Positions 1-12,786 of a stretch of DNA of 64,000 bases are shown in pieces. Location of the stretch: contig NC_043015.1 in NCBI RefSeq assembly GCF_006345805.1, positions 52,266,001-52,330,000 on the forward strand. The letters are read 5' to 3'. This DNA comes from Octopus sinensis. Lineage: Eukaryota. The first letter of the stretch is position 1, and each line of letters begins with the position of its first letter. A program made the translations under genes and the position numbers. The notes below the pieces were generated by a model, which saw only the letters and a program-made list of their open reading frames with translations, was not told the DNA's origin and did not search any database.

Positions 1-369
1 CTGCTGCAATAATTGTTGTTACTGTTGCTGCACTGCTAATACCACGGATTTAACTGTTAATAGTAACTCTACTAATCCCAGCTAATAACAGATATGAATC
101 GAAGTTAATCAGTGTCTTGCTTCTCTCGCTGACAGCTAGACCTGTATAAATATTTTTTCAAAGATCATGTTTGCTAAGAGATTCCAGGTAGCAGCGTAAA
201 AATCTCTGCTCTTTTGCACATGATATAACAGAGATTCTAATGGTCTATTTGTTAATCTCCTAATCCTTCTTCGACGGATTAATCGATACTAACATTTCCG
301 CTAGTCTCATCGTACGGTGTACTCTTTCACATATCTATCGCCTCCTTGTCTCAGTAGCAATAATTATAT

Positions 370-402
<33 letters not shown>

Positions 403-1439
403 TATATATTATATATATTATATATATATATATAATATATCATATCATATTATACATACGTACATACATATCCATGTATTGTCTGTGTTTATTTATATAT
501 GTGCGCACACGCTTATATATAAATATATTCTCATGTATATATGCATGTATATATATGACTTGTATGTATGTATATACATATACATAGACAAGATGTACAT
601 ATGTATATATACATATATATATAAATATATAAATATATATATATAGAGAGAGAGAGAGAGAATGACAATCATACATTCTGCCTTTCATACACTGACATTT
701 TCCTCGTTGCCTTTCTCTCTCTCTTTCTCTCTCCCCTACGATCTCTCTCTCTCTTTTTCTTTCTCTCTCGCTTTCTCTCCCTCTCCGAGTTTCCCTTCTG
801 CTATTCGTTTCTTTATCTCAATTTCTCCCTAATAATAATAATAATAATAATAATGGTGATGATGATATATTACGTAATTGCAAATATGTGACGTACCATC
901 CTGATAACAGCTTTGGTGGATTTTATAAGAAAAGGCTCTACCATACTCTTGGCCTGTCATGGTTGTAATCGTATTTCTTCCTACTAGGAATGTTATCAAC
1001 GCCATGTTGATAACAGGCCGTATTATTGATGGAAAATTATTTTGATGGACATGAAATTTTGTAATATGTGTTCGTTATATAGGATAGTTTATAGGCAGGT
1101 GTTTCCTCCCTTACTTTCTTGTCCAGTGAATAATACCATTGGTCCGAATGAGCAACAGTTAATTTTTTTTTAAATAATTGAGTACGATGCAATGACATTC
1201 TGTCGTCACCAGAGTCGAAAACGAAACTACGTTGGCACCCGAAAACTACTTGACGGCAGGTTTACCCAACAAAAAATTAAAATACGCCGACAATACGTCC
1301 TACTTCATGGCATCTGCGAGGAAGAAAAATCTGATTCTATCCTGTCTTATCTATGAGTTTTCTATATCACCATGATACATGTGATATTCTGATCAGGTTA
1401 TAAATTTAACAACTGCAATGGTTTATTGTATACTTACGA

Positions 1440-3740
1440 ACACTTGGCTCGGATGCTGCGAAAATGGCAGCATCAGATGTTTATGACTCCTGCGTTAGAT
1501 GTTTACAGTTTTGGTTCTCTTTTTAGTCATATCAATAACATTAGCAGCAACGAAGAATTGCAGAAAGTAGCTAACCTATTTCTCGCCTGACTTTGACCAG
1601 AGCTTAAATTATCCTGGAAACGAATATTATATTTTGACATACTAGAATATAATAAAATCTAGACAAAATGTTGAAGATACTTCTACTGTTACGTTAGACA
1701 TTTCTAACTAATAAGGCTGGAAATTCTATTGAACAGCGAGCTACATCTCAGGAATTTAATCACAAACACTAACGGTAAACCATGCAGTGCTGCGATCATT
1801 AATTGAACCAAATAATGCAGTTGAAGATCTTGTTAGAAATACTCAATAATTGGTGATGAACTATAAAATGTTGGATCTGCAACGATGTGTGGTCCTCTTG
1901 TACACAACGAAAGAATGGAAACCAAAGGGTAACGAGCATTGAAGAATATGAAGACAATGTACATAGATCATCAGATGGATATTTAGCAAAGAACTGCGCC
2001 TTTGTTGTATAATGAAGAAAGCGGAAACATTGTTAAAGAATGTATCCATAATAATAACGTCTACAAGAAGAGAAAGACAGGCAGAAAGACAGACTGACAG
2101 ACAGAGAAAAAATGAATAGAGAGAGAGAGAGAGCGGTGGGGAGAAAGATGGTGGAAAAGTTAAGCAAATGTAAAAATACACTCGTACATTGCCAGTTCTA
2201 ATGGAAAACCCACCTAAAAACAAAACAGTAATGAGATTGGTTAAGTAATTCGGACATGCAACGGGAAACCGAAAGACCTATACTTGGAGTTCTGAAGTTA
2301 GCCATTAATCTGTGAAGAAATGGCATACATATAACCAAGCAGAGACAAATGTAAGATGAAGGTTATAGTATCACAGTCATACTCTCTATATAGTATATAT
2401 GTAGAGACTGTCACCCATATTATATCGTTTGTAAAATGTTTGCATAGCGAGACTTTAGATCGCATAAAGATACAGCAGTTATATCTGCAGGGGTGCTTGC
2501 CAAAACATGATGATTTCGAGACAGATAAGACGTAGTCGTGACATATTGTTAGCGTGTGAATGAGTAAAACCACGTGGTTAAATAGTACTAAACGGTTAGA
2601 ATGAAAGAGCACAATCAACCCGGTAATGTGACAAAGAAAGCCATTCGAAAGTGTCAAACTACCATCTAAACTTAGTAATTTTCGCTTCTGTTTTGTGCAC
2701 AATCCCGGAAGTTTTTAAGAGCAGGAGCATATCGATTGCATCGTCCCCAGTACTTACTGGTACTTATTTTATCGATCCCGAAAGGACGAAAGGGTAAGTC
2801 GACCGCGGCAGTATTTGAACCAAGAACTTAAAATAGCCAGAGGAAATGCCATCAACATTTTATACGACGCGCTAACTATTCCGCCAATTCCGATCAACTA
2901 ATGATAATTTCTTCGAAAAACGCAAGGTCACAAATGTGAAAGGAATTGGATGTAGACGATCAAGTTGACCGCAGTAGCTGACTGGTACTTTATTTCATTG
3001 ATTCTGAAGGGATGCAATGCAAAGTCAACTTCAGTAGCATTTGATCTCAGTGAACTTAAACCGATTTCGAAAGGATACAAGAAGAATGGAAATTGGCGGA
3101 GTTTTAGCTCGGTCCATAAAGGAATGGCATTAATCACCACAAGGAATTACACCCAGAGCTCGACCAATCATGGCCTTTACGTCTCCTGTTGATGACATTT
3201 TCTAACTTTGGCATACAGCCACAGGATTTTTGAACGGATTTGGCATATGTTGATTAAAAGCATTTCACGGATGCTTAAAGCAACGACTTCATAGAGATAT
3301 AAGTCACAGAAGAACTGTACGCGAAGCGAACTCTGGACGCAAAGAGACACAACGGACGTCTCCACTAATCTCTCTACTGTCCTAGTTATATTGTTAATAA
3401 TATCAACATATCGGACTTTCATTAATCCTTCTTATCCTAAATCTTATGACTGACAAGGCTTAATAATATCTTTATTAATCCTGTCCGTGACAAGAGTTTC
3501 AGCGATTATTAATCGCGTAGATAATCTCAATATTCGTTGACATTTCGTTAGAGCTTTTTCTCTTCTAACCCAATTTCCTATTTATATTTGGATTTCACGA
3601 GCAGTGATATAGAGCAAGATGGCCGCTTACAGCTATGGTTACTTTGTACCGAACTGGCTGTGACACACTTTCAGCATACGGATCGAGGCTGCTTTATTTC
3701 ATTTACTCAGAGTTAATAGTGTCATTAGAACATAGACAAA
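1440..3740 (+). mobile_element. Highly degraded Ty3/Gypsy relic (gag, RT and RNase H fragments), interrupted by SINEs
   Basis: Manual translation gives motif remnants in collinear order across stops and frameshifts: gag-like LGSDAAKMAASDV...SSNEELQKVANLFL (~1444-1590), RT KKNGNWR (3079-3099, cf. KKDGSWR), LKAFH (3254-3268, cf. DLxKAYHQ), RNase H SAYGSRLLYFIYSE (3671-3712, cf. STYDRELLAIY). Confidence 0.5.
2720..3060 (-). mobile_element. Two degenerate family A tRNA-derived SINE fragments
   Basis: Both match the family A core seen many times in the window (atcgacccc...actggtac...gaaaggatgaaaggcaaagtcgacctcggcggaatttgaac), at 2720-2890 and 2950-3060. Confidence 0.7.
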
Positions 3741-3910
3741 ATAATAATACTTATTCTCCTTAATTTAGCAATGGAGGACATTTTTACCGGACAAAAGTTT
3801 TACAGAAATGTAATAGTTGCTAACATATGTGTGCGAGTGTGTGTGTGTGTTTGCGTGTGTGTGTGTGTGTGTGTGTGTGTCCATTTATATATATATATGC
3901 ATATCTATAT

Positions 3911-4115
3911 TACGGAGATGTACTTGCATAGCAAGTAACTTGATCTGAGATCGTGTGCTGAAACAAAAAGAAAAAATTGCAGCGTGGAAGGTATTTGTAA
4001 GCCATTTAAAACACACACAAAAACCGTAAGATTTACTTCAACATTTAAATTTAATTTGTCAAAATGTTTTAGTCGCTTTAAGACCGCGACTTGTTCACTG
4101 GCAAAATTCCGTGCT
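3911..4115. repeat. Unclassified dispersed repeat; its right part is the repeat portion of the 245-bp array at 11644-12753
   Basis: gcgtggaagg...ccatttaaaa...acttcaacatttaaattt...ttcactggcaaaattccgtgct matches the array unit and the array terminus at 12621-12753. Confidence 0.7.
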
Positions 4116-4344
4116 GCATCTGTGTGTGTGTATATGTATACATGTGTGTATATGTACGCATACACACACACACATTCACACACACACACACACACACACG
4201 CACTCATATCATCAGTCCGATGATAGCTTAGCTTCGAAGTCCCTGTCAATCGTATTCTTTTTAAAGAATTAGAAATTTAGAAGTAATGCTTATCGCCACA
4301 TCAATATGGTTGTTTAACGTCCCTACCGATTTAACCTCGGGCAG

Positions 4345-4484
4345 ATCCTCCACCAGCTGGTTACTGGTACAACCTGAAAGGATGAAAGACAAAGTCGACC
4401 TCGGCGGAATTTGAACTCAGAACATAAAGATGGATAAAATGCCATTTTACCGGACGTACTAACGATTCTGCCAGCTTTCCGCCC

Positions 4485-4487
<3 letters not shown>
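4345..4487 (-). mobile_element. Family A SINE
   Basis: Core gtcgacctcggcggaatttgaactcagaac (reverse complement contains B-box-like gagttcaaattcc); head abuts (TAA)n. Confidence 0.8.
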
Positions 4488-4565
<78 letters not shown>

Positions 4566-4627
4566 TGATGATGATGATGATGATAATAATAATTATAATG
4601 ATAATAATAATAATAATAATAATAATA

Positions 4628-4659
<32 letters not shown>

Positions 4660-4741
4660 GTAGAAGCAGCAGCAGCAGCAGTAGTTGTAGTGGCAGCAGC
4701 AGTAGTAGTAGCAGCAGCAGCAGCAATAGCACCAGCAACAA

Positions 4742-4792
<51 letters not shown>

Positions 4793-4819
4793 GTCTGGCA
4801 TGCCATTAATGCCTTCACC

Positions 4820-5050
4820 TAGTTTGTGCCTGTGTATGTTTGTGTGCGTATGTGTGTTTTATGTCTGTGCTTGTTCCCACACACATCCCTGCTTGACAAC
4901 CGGTGTCGATGCATTTACATCCCGGTAACTTATCGGTTCTCAAATGAGACCGACGGAGTATGTGTCTGGGTAGGCAAAATAATCGATTCATTGGATTGAA
5001 AATACTTCAACACGCTGCCTCAGCATGGCCGCTGTCTAATGAGCGAAACA
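4820..5050 (+). mobile_element. Family B SINE, 3' half (duplicate at ~6570-6800)
   Basis: gcttgacaaccggtgtcg...ggtaactta...gagaccga...cagcatggccgc...atga matches the 3' half of the full copies at 50873 and 53214. Confidence 0.7.
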
Positions 5051-5118
5051 AGAAAAGGATGTGAAAGACAGCGAAGAGAGAAAGAACCGAGACAGAGAGG
5101 GCCAAGAGAGCAAGATAG

Positions 5119-5167
<49 letters not shown>

Positions 5168-5589
5168 AGGGTGAGAAAAGATAGAGAAATCAAAGAGAAA
5201 GAGAGTGTGTGAAGGAATTGGATAAAAAGCGAGAGCGTACGTGTGTGCATTTAATTAAATGCATATGGAAGAAATTTGTGTGAGCGTTCATGTCTATGTA
5301 TTTGTTCCTTTTGTAAATATACATGGAAGAGTCTCAGAGAGAGGAGGGAGAGAGGAGGAGGGAGAGAGGAGGAGGAAGAGGAGGAGGGTGGAAAGAGGAG
5401 AGGGTGAAGCGGATACGAAAACTAACAGACAAAACACCAGGCATGTGCCCGGCATGTTTCAATAAGCTTCTAAAATCTTACTTCATTTCGCTGTGTATGT
5501 ATGTACGTATGCATGCATGTGTGTATGTATGCAGGCACATATGTATGAATGTATGTATGTATGTAGGTATATGCTAATAATGTTTAGCA

Positions 5590-5990
5590 TATTAAAAGAA
5601 AACATACAATTCAAGAAGGCATGGATTGACGGTTGTATAGGGGGTAAATAAAAGACAGGAAATTGCTAAGCGTCCCGGTAGCTTAACTAGGAATGTACTT
5701 GACTTCCAGAAAGTTCTTCGACTAATGCTTCGCTACTATCACCCCTCGTGTCTGTATGTTTACACATGTTCTCATTTACTATATGTAATAATTATAAAGC
5801 TAGCATATTATTAAATCATTTCCTTAATTGCCTTCAAGCGATAGTAGCAAGCATGAAGTTCCACATAATCAGAAAGGAAGTGCAATTGAAAGGGTTTTTC
5901 TGTGTAACTAAATGTCTGCTAATAAATGAGTCGCGCGTGCCGTAAACCAAAGCGTAATCACACCGCCGATTCTTCTCACCCATCTTGGCA
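5590..5990 (+). mobile_element. Possible Gypsy RT thumb/RNase H relic (duplicate at ~7335-7745)
   Basis: Translation DFQKVLRLMLRYYHP resembles DLQRFLGMLNYYxxF; YKASILLNH and QLKGFF resemble the RT-RNase H connection. Weak, by eye. Confidence 0.35.
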
Positions 5991-5999
5991 ATATTAAGT

Positions 6000-6329
6000 T
6001 CACCCGTAAAGCCGCGAGCTGGCAGAAACGTTAGCACGCCGGGCGAAATGCTCAGCAGTATTTCGTTCGCCGAGGTCGACTTTGCCTTTTATCCTTTCGG
6101 GGGTCGAAAATTTAAGTACCAGATCTCATCGACTGGCCCTCTCCTCCAAAATTCGGGCCCTGTGCCTAGAGTAGAAAAGAATATTATGTTCACCCGTAAA
6201 GTGGCGAGGTGGCAGAAACGTTAGCACGCCGGACAAAATGATTAGTAGCATTTCGTCCCTCTTTACGTTCTGAGTTCAAATTCCGCCGAGGTCCATTTTG
6301 CTTTTCATCCTTTCGGGGTCGATAATTAA

Positions 6330-6330
<1 letters not shown>
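6000..6330 (+). mobile_element. Two head-to-tail family A SINEs (duplicate at ~7750-8080)
   Basis: Two heads gcgag(c/g)tggcagaaacgttagcacgccgg, each preceded by ttcacccgtaaag; B-box gagttcaaattcc in the second; ends in (TAA)n. Confidence 0.8.
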
Positions 6331-6404
<74 letters not shown>

Positions 6405-6486
6405 GTAGAAGCAGCAGCAGCAGCAGTAGTTGTAGTGGCAGCAGCAGTAGTAGTAGCAGCAGCAGCAGCAATAGCACCAGCAACAA

Positions 6487-6540
<54 letters not shown>

Positions 6541-6866
6541 GTCTGGCATGCCATTAATGCCTTCACCTAGTTTGTGCCTGTGTATGTTTGTGTGCGTATG
6601 TGTGTTTTATGTCTGTGCTTGTTCCCACACACATCCCTGCTTGACAACCGGTGTCGATGCATTTACATCCCGGTAACTTATCGGTTCTCAAATGAGACCG
6701 ACGGAGTATGTGTCTGGGTAGGCAAAATAATCGATTCATTGGATTGAAAATACTTCAACACGCTGCCTCAGCATGGCCGCTGTCTAATGAGCGAAACAAG
6801 AAAAGGATGTGAAAGACAGCGAAGAGAGAAAGAACCGAGACAGAGAGGGCCAAGAGAGCAAGATAG

Positions 6867-6927
<61 letters not shown>

Positions 6928-8079
6928 AGGGTGAGAAAAGATAGAGAAATCAAAGAGAAAGAGAGTGTGTGAAGGAATTGGATAAAAAGCGAGTGCGTAC
7001 GTGTGTGCATTTAATTAAATGCATATGGAAGAAATTGTGTGTGAGCGTTCATGTCTATGTATTTGTTCCTTTTGTAAATATACATGGAAGAGTCTCAGAG
7101 AGAGGAGGGAGAGAGGAGGAGGAAGAGGAGGAGGGTGGAAAGAGGAGAGGGTGAAGCGGATACGAAAACTAACAGACAAAACACCAGGCATGTGCCCGGC
7201 ATGTTTCAATAAGCTTCTAAAATCTTACTTCATTTCGCTGTGTATGTATGTACGTATGCATGCATGTGTGTATGTATGCAGGCACATATGTATGAATGTA
7301 TGTATATGTATGTAGGTATATGCTAATATGTTTAGCATATTAAAAGAAAACATACAATTCAAGAAGGCATGGATTGACGGTTGTATAGGGGGTAAATAAA
7401 AGACAGGAAATTGCTAAGCGTCCCGGTAGCTTAACTAGGAATGTACTTGACTTCCAGAAAGTTCTTCGACTAATGCTTCGCTACTATCACCCCTCGTGTC
7501 TGTATGTTTACACATGTTCTCATTTACTATATGTAATAATTATAAAGCTAGCATATTATTAAATCATTTCCTTAATTGCCTTCAAGCGATAGTAGCAAGC
7601 ATGAAGTTCCACATAATCAGAAAGGAAGTGCAATTGAAAGGGTTTTCTGTGTAACTAAATGTCTGCTAATAAATGAGTCGCGCGTGCCGTAAACCAAAGC
7701 GTAAATCACACCGCCGATTCTTCTCACCCATCTTGGCAATATTAAGTTCACCCGTAAAGCCGCGAGCTGGCAGAAACGTTAGCACGCCGGGCGAAATGCT
7801 CAGCAGTATTTCGCTCGCCGAGGTCGACTTTGCCTTTTATCCTTTCGGGGGTCGAAAATTTAAGTACCAGATCTCATCGACTGGCCCTCTCCTCCAAAAT
7901 TTCGGGCCCTGTGCCTAGAGTAGAAAAGAATATTATGTTCACCCGTAAAGTGGCGAGGTGGCAGAAACGTTAGCACGCCGGACAAAATGATTAGTAGCAT
8001 TTCGTCCCTCTTTACGTTCTGAGTTCAAATTCCGCCGAGGTCCATTTTGCTTTTCATCCTTTCGGGGTCGATAAATTAA

Positions 8080-8146
<67 letters not shown>

Positions 8147-8147
<1 letters not shown>

Positions 8148-9147
8148 GACAAATACAAACAAGAAATCATACCACCTAATAAACACAAAGAAGAAGAAGA
8201 AGATGATGAAGAAACAACAAAAGCTATAAAACAAATGAAATCCAAACTAAAAATAGAACAGCAACGAGCCATGATAAAACGATGGCAAGAAAAACCCCTT
8301 CATGGTAAATACTGCACTAAACTAAACGCAAAAGAAATAGACAAAGAAAAATCCCAGCAATGGTTGAGAAGCTCAGGACTCAAAGCAGAAACAGAGGGAT
8401 TTTTAATTGCAGCACAAGACCAAAGCCTCCCCACCAGAAATTACCAAAAACATGTAATGAAAAGAAATATTACAAGTAACTGCAGAATATGTGGAGATGG
8501 ACAAGAAACAATAATCATATTATCTCTAGCTGCCCAGTCCTGGCTAAGAAGGAATATATTCACAGACATGACAGAGTTGGAACCTACATACATTGGAAGC
8601 TATGCCAACATTATGGAATAACAACAGAAAAAAGATGGTATAGGCACACACCAGAAAAGGTCACAGAAAACGAGAAAGCAACCATACTCTGGGATATGCC
8701 GATACACACAGATAGAGAAATTAAGGCCAACAGACCAGATATAGTTGTCAGAGATCATGAAGAAAAAAAATGCTTTCTAATTGATGTATCAATACCGGCT
8801 GATGACAACGTGTCTCTAAAAGAAATGGAGAAACTCTCAAAATACAAAGACCTGGAAATAGAGGTAACTAGAATGTGGAACCTGAAAACAGAAACAATCC
8901 TATCATAGTAGGTGCATTAGGCATGATAAAAAAATATTCAGACAAATACATAACAAAAACACCAGGACTTACAAACACATATAACATACAGAAAATTGCA
9001 CTACTAGGCACTGCACACATCCTACGCAGAACACTTTCCATACAATAACCATCAGAGCATCACAACAAATCACAGCACATACCCAAGGCACACAGAGCTG
9101 CGCTCGGTAGTGAAGTGAAAGCACGCTATAAAAATAAAACTACTGAA
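8147..9147 (+). mobile_element. 5'-truncated R4/Dong-like non-LTR retrotransposon (CCHC zinc knuckle, restriction-like endonuclease, 3' UTR) within (TAA)n
   Basis: Joined frames read CRICGDGQETINHIISSC (CCHC), RHDRVG, ANRPDIVV...LIDVSIP...EKLSKYKDL (PD-(D/E)xK RLE) and IVGALG, ending with a stop near 9045. There are two 1-bp homopolymer frameshifts, and (TAA)n lies on both sides. Confidence 0.9.
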
Positions 9148-9195
9148 TGATAATAATAATAATAATAATAATGATGATGATGATGATGATAATAA

Positions 9196-9345
9196 TACTC
9201 TTTTCTACAAAAGGCACAAGGACTGAAATTTTGAGGGCGAAAATATGTCGGTTACGTCAACCGTTGTGCGTAACTGGCAGTTATTTCATTTACCTCTGAA
9301 AGGATTAAAAGGGAAATTCGACTTCGGTGGAGTTTGAACTCAGAC
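9196..9345 (-). mobile_element. Family A SINE fragment, tail type 1
   Basis: ttttctacaaaaggcacaagg...gaaatttt tail plus ttcgacttcggtggagtttgaactcaga core. Confidence 0.7.
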
Positions 9346-9373
9346 CATGATGACATACTAAGCATCCTGACAG

Positions 9374-9469
9374 CTCCCACCATTCCACAAATACAATGAA
9401 GAGATAGAATTTCTTTCAAATAATGAGGCATCTTTCTCCCGAACTCAACATAACGATGCACGGAGCAAA
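9374..9469 (+). mobile_element. Gypsy gag N-terminal relic
   Basis: LPPFHKYNEEIEFLSNNEASFSRTQHNDARSK resembles the invertebrate Gypsy gag start KLPPFW...ELWF.Q.EAxF...ITxDxTK; runs into a microsatellite. Confidence 0.4.
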
Positions 9470-9474
9470 GGAAG

Positions 9475-9548
9475 CAGTAGCTGCAACAGCAGCAGCAGCA
9501 GTAGTTATAGTAGCAGTACCAGCAGCTGCAGTAGTAGTAGTAGTAGTT

Positions 9549-9579
<31 letters not shown>

Positions 9580-9678
9580 CAGCAGCAGCAGTAATAGTAG
9601 TAGTGGTGGTCGTGGTTGTAGTGGTGGTGATAGTAGTAGTAGTAGTAGTAGTAGTAGTAGAAGTAATAGTTGTAGTTA

Positions 9679-9712
<34 letters not shown>

Positions 9713-9959
9713 GGTGGTGATGGTGGTAGTAGCACTAGTAGCAGTAATAGTAGTAGTTGCTGTTGTGATGGTGGTGGTAGTAGTAATAGTAGTAGTAGCA
9801 GTAGTAGTAGTATTATTATTAGTGGTAGTGGTGGTGGTGGTGATGGTGGTAGTAGCACTAGTAGCAGTAATAGTAGTAGTTGCTGTTGTGGTGGTGGTGG
9901 TAGTAGTAATAGTAGTAGTAGCAGTAGTAGTAGTATTATTATTAGTGGTAGTGGTGGTG

Positions 9960-9995
<36 letters not shown>

Positions 9996-10145
9996 GCACC
10001 ACCACCACCACTACCGTCCCCATTTCTGCCATTATTGCCAACAACACCAACTGCATCACCACCACCACCACCACCACCACCACCACCACCACAACCACCA
10101 CCACCACCACCAGCAACAACAACAACATCAGCATCAGCATCAACA
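9475..10145. repeat. Compound trinucleotide microsatellite (GTA/GTG/GCA then CAC) with a 123-bp internal duplication
   Basis: Directly visible; agcactag at 9731 and 9854. It explains the 261/262-aa low-complexity ORFs. Confidence 0.9.
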
Positions 10146-11033
10146 GCGCCACCTTCAAGTCCAACGCCAGATTCTTCACGCTTCTGCAGGAGAAATTTCA
10201 TTGCAACGTAAACGCATTGCTGGCCAAATAATTGGTTCGTTTCGGCTTGACTGTCATGCGCAAGAACTAAGCTTTCAAGTAACTCGTAAAGAGGCCAGCC
10301 GATGGCTTTACTGGTGTGAAGTAGATTTCCACTGTGGCGGTGTCGTTAGATGGCGCTTCTATTACTATTATGGCCGCTGTCTTGTGAATGTTTAATGTAG
10401 CTGAATTGTTTTACGGTAATGGTCGTGTGTGACGGCTATACAGCTAATATGTAGAGAAGTTTTGAGTTAGGTAACCTTTTACATGTTGCCAGGATTTGAA
10501 GGAGATCAGTTCCTATCATAAAAGTTTAATTAAGTCGCATTGGGTATAATAGAGCCGATGAGGGATAGGGCAAAGCAATGTGCGTATGGGTGTTTGTGTG
10601 TGTGTGTGTGTGTTTGTGTATGTGTGTATGTGTGTGTGAGGGTGCCTTGTTGAAGGATTATATGTAAGAAGGAAAATTTTGTGACCTGTTGAAAGGGGAT
10701 TTCATCTGCGACGACTTACTGCTTGTTGTATTAACATACATATATACGTGTATGTGCGCATGAACATACTCTCTCTCCCTCTCTCGCTCTCTCTCTCACA
10801 CACACAGACTAACACACACAAGCACACAAAACTATATACAAAGAATAGACTTACACAAGCATACGTATATACATTTAACATTCATAAATAACTACAAACA
10901 TGTATAATAGCAGATTTACCTTCCTTCCTATATATATAGTTCTTCTTGTGTGTGTGTGTATAGTTACACATATATCTATACATACACATATATATATATT
11001 TGTGTATATATATATATATAATATATTTGTGTG

Positions 11034-11092
<59 letters not shown>

Positions 11093-11189
11093 TCACATAT
11101 ATCTATAAACACACACACACACACACATATATATACATACATATAAACATACATATATATATATGTATATGTATGTATAAGGGTATATT

Positions 11190-11520
11190 CTTTTATTCTT
11201 TTGTTTCAGTAATTTGACTGCGGCCATACTGGAGCACCGCTGAAAAGGACTTTTTAATCGAGGAAATCCACCCGAAGACTTATTTTTTGTAAGCCTAGTA
11301 CTGCTTCCATCGGTCTCTCTGGCAAAATCGCTGGGTCACGAGGACTTAAACACACCAACATCGGTTTTCAAATAACTTAGCGGTTCGGCAGAAGAAACCG
11401 ATAGAAGACTACTAGGCTTACAAAAGAATAAGTCTCGGGGTCGATTTATTTCGACTAAATGCGGTGCTCCAGCATGACTGCAGTCAAATGACTGGAACAA
11501 GTAAAAGAATAAAAGAACAA
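11190..11520 (-). mobile_element. Family B SINE 3' portion(s)
   Basis: cttttattcttttgtttcagt...gactgcggccatactggagcaccgc (reverse 3' end), followed by a forward-oriented 3' segment (aacttagcggttcggca...gcggtgctccagcatgactgcagtc). Confidence 0.7.
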
Positions 11521-11643
11521 ACGAAGATAGAATTGAAACCAAACGAAATTAAGATTTGGCTATATACTGCCTCAGCCATGATAGACACACCATTGTATGT
11601 GTTGCAACTATTTCATTAATATCTTTATAAACATAAAATTTCA

Positions 11644-12753
11644 GCGTGGAAGATGTTTATAAGCCATTTAAAAACACGCAAAACCCGTTAGATTCACTTC
11701 AACATTTAAATTTTATTTGTCAAAATATTTTCGTCCCTTTGAAACCATGACCTGTTCACTGACAAAATGGCTCTTTGGGGAGACTTAGGTTTGACACCCT
11801 ATCTATACATCCCACTGATGTAATGCTGAGACAAGTCACCGAAGCTGTCTCTATACAGGAATACAAACCCATATATATATACAATTGAAGCGTGGAAGGT
11901 GTTTATAAGCCATTTAAAAACACGCAAAAACCGTTAGATTCACTTCAACATTTAAATTTTATTTGTCAAAATATTTTCGTCCTTTGAAACCATGACCTGT
12001 TCACTGACAAAATGGCTCTTGGGGAGACTTAGGTTGACACCCTATCTATACATCCCACTGATGTAATGCTGAGACAAGTCACCGAGCTGTCTCTATACAG
12101 GAATACAAACCCATATAATATACAATTGAAGCGTGGAAGGTGTTATAAGCCATTTAAAAACACGCAAAAACCGTTAGATTCACTTCAACATTTAAATTGA
12201 TTTGTCAAAATATTTTCGTCCCTTTGAAACCATGACCTGTTCACTGACAAAATGGCTCTTTGGGGAGACTTAGGTTTGACACCCTATCTATACATCCCAC
12301 TGATGTAATGCTGAGACAAGTCACCGAAGCTGTCTCTATACAGGAATACAAACCCATATGTATATACAATTGAAGCGTGGAAGGTGTTTATAAGCCATTT
12401 AAAAACACGCAAAAACCGTTAAATTCACTTCAACATTTAAATTTTATTTGTCAAAATATTTTCGTCCCTTTGAAACCATGACCTGTTCACTGACAAAATG
12501 GCTCTTTGGGGAGACTTAGGTTTGACACCCTATCTATACATCCCACTGATGTAATGCTGAGACAAGTCACCGAAGCTGTCTCTATACAGGAATACAAACC
12601 CATATATATATACAATTGAAGCGTGGAAGGTGTTTATAAGCCATTTAAAAACACGCAAAAACCGTTAGATTCACTTCAACATTTAAATTTGATTTATCAA
12701 AATACTTCCGTCGCTTTGTAACAGCGACCTTTTCACTGACAAAATTCCGTGCT
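11644..12753 (+). repeat. Tandem array of ~245-bp units (4.5 copies): dispersed-repeat segment plus a Penelope-like GIY-YIG C-terminal fragment
   Basis: Unit starts gcgtggaag at 11644, 11890, 12131, 12375 and 12621. The unique half reads NGSLGRLRFDTLSIHPTDVMLRQVTEAVSIQEYKP (from 11766). Confidence 0.9.
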
Positions 12754-12786
12754 AAAGCCTAAGGGAAAGCTCTTGGTTTTGTTGTT

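Larger units (their letters stand above)
4590..8080. repeat. Near-identical tandem duplication, two units of ~1.75 kb (about 4590-6330 and 6331-8080)
   Basis: Offset is 1745-1750 bp throughout (tagaagcagc at 4661 vs 6406; ggggtcgata...taag at ~6315 vs ~8065). Breakpoints lie in (TAA)n tracts, with only scattered substitutions and indels. Confidence 0.92.

Noticed and set aside
991-1015. Perfect 10-bp inverted repeat tgttatcaac/gttgataaca
   Set aside because: Too short to be informative in 64 kb of AT-rich DNA.
11644-12753. CRISPR-like appearance of the regular array
   Set aside because: The intervening segments are identical rather than unique spacers, the unit is ~245 bp, the context is eukaryotic and there are no cas genes.
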